A stretch of 64,000 nucleotides of DNA from Squalus acanthias (lineage: Eukaryota). A program made the position numbers and the translations under genes. The stretch is from contig CM059431.1 of assembly GCA_030390025.1 (NCBI GenBank), positions 156,614,001 to 156,678,000 of the forward strand, read 5' to 3'. The number at the start of each line of letters is the position of its first letter. Positions within the stretch are counted from its first letter, which is position 1. Shown here one piece after another: positions 62,980-64,000 of this stretch. Under the pieces are notes generated by a model that saw nothing but the letters and a program-made list of their open reading frames with translations, was not told the origin of the DNA and ran no database searches.

Positions 62980-64000
62980 TGCATCTCCTGTTTTTGGTGC
63001 GAGAAAGTTCCACACTCCTACCACCCTTTGCGTGAAGTGTTTCTTAACTTCACTCCTGAATGTTCTGGCACTGATTTTCAGGTTATGTTCCCTTTTTCAA
63101 GACTGGCACACCAGCAGAAAAGGTTTCTCTCTATCTACCATATCAACCCCTATCAGGAACCTAAAAAGTTCAATCCTGAACCTCTAAATTACAAGGAAAA
63201 CATGCCTACTGTATGTTATCTCTCACCATAATCCAAACATTGGAGCCCTGGTAATATTCACGTGAATCTGCGCTGCACTCCTTCCAAGGCAAATATATCC
63301 TTTGTAATTTGTGGTGCCCGGAATTGCGGTCCACATGTGGTCTCAGCAGGGCTTTTTTAAAAACTCTCTCAAAATTTCCTCCCCTTAATATTCTAGCCCT
63401 TTGTTCCATTCCATTTGCGTTTCTTATCTTTTTTTGGATCTGAGTACAACATTTTAGTGATCCGTATAAATGTACCCCTCAAACTCTTTGTACCTCGATT
63501 ATTCCTAGATTTGCACCATTTAAATAATACTAGGATTTTTCATTTTTTGTTCCAAAATTGATGACCTCAAATTTACCTGCATTGAAAACCATCTGCCAAC
63601 GTTTTGCCTACTGACTTAATCTACCAAGGCTTCTTTGTAATTATCTGCACCCGCCCACATCATCTATTATGCCAACCAATCGTTGTTTCATCGGCCATCT
63701 TGGATACTGAATCTCTATTGTATTATCGAAGACAAAAATATATATTGTTGATATGTGAGGCCCCAGCATAGATCCATGGCGGACACCACGAGTCACTATC
63801 TTCCAATTTGATTACGTGGCCGTTATTGTTACTTTCTTTCTTCTACCCCTGAACCCATCTAAAAGCTAATTCAATGATCTGCCTTCAAGTCCATGAAATT
63901 GAATTTTAGCTAACAATCTCTTAAGTGGAACCTTATGGAATTCTTTATCGAAGTCCACATGTACTCCATCAATATACTTCCCCATGTCTGCTACTTTAAT
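62980..64000 (-). mobile_element. Old CR1 RT fragment running off the window
   Basis: KALLRPHV, CCTTCCAAGGC and GTGGACTTCGATAAA (DF.K) remnants. Confidence 0.7.

Overview
Repeat-rich vertebrate genomic DNA, most likely from a cartilaginous fish. That assignment rests on CR1 LINEs with (TCTATG)n-type tails, an HE1/V-SINE-like SINE, Penelope ends and a shark-type NLR. The main host feature is a minus-strand, multi-exon NLR (NACHT-LRR) locus at about 8968-36193. I reconstructed it from GT-AG splice sites with compatible phases: a transmembrane (TM) exon, two exons encoding a death-fold/CARD-like domain, a large FISNA-like/NACHT exon and three RI-like LRR exons. The restored protein is about 888 aa and looks like a single-pass, membrane-anchored NLR, which is unusual because vertebrate NLRs are canonically cytosolic. 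As assembled, the end of the NACHT exon carries two TGA stops and a 1-bp deletion. The N-terminal exon block recurs upstream (44.5-55 kb) as degenerate paralogous units with no NACHT exon of their own. The rest is nested mobile DNA: many CR1 LINEs, an RTE LINE, L2-like fragments, Penelope fragments with minimal hammerhead ribozymes (including a 149-bp perfect inverted repeat), a Gypsy element with short LTRs and no tRNA-type PBS, Harbinger-like MITEs and minisatellites. An antisense GPR139-like GPCR fragment lies in an NLR intron. Family assignments come from my recognition of motifs, not from database searches, and repeat boundaries are approximate.
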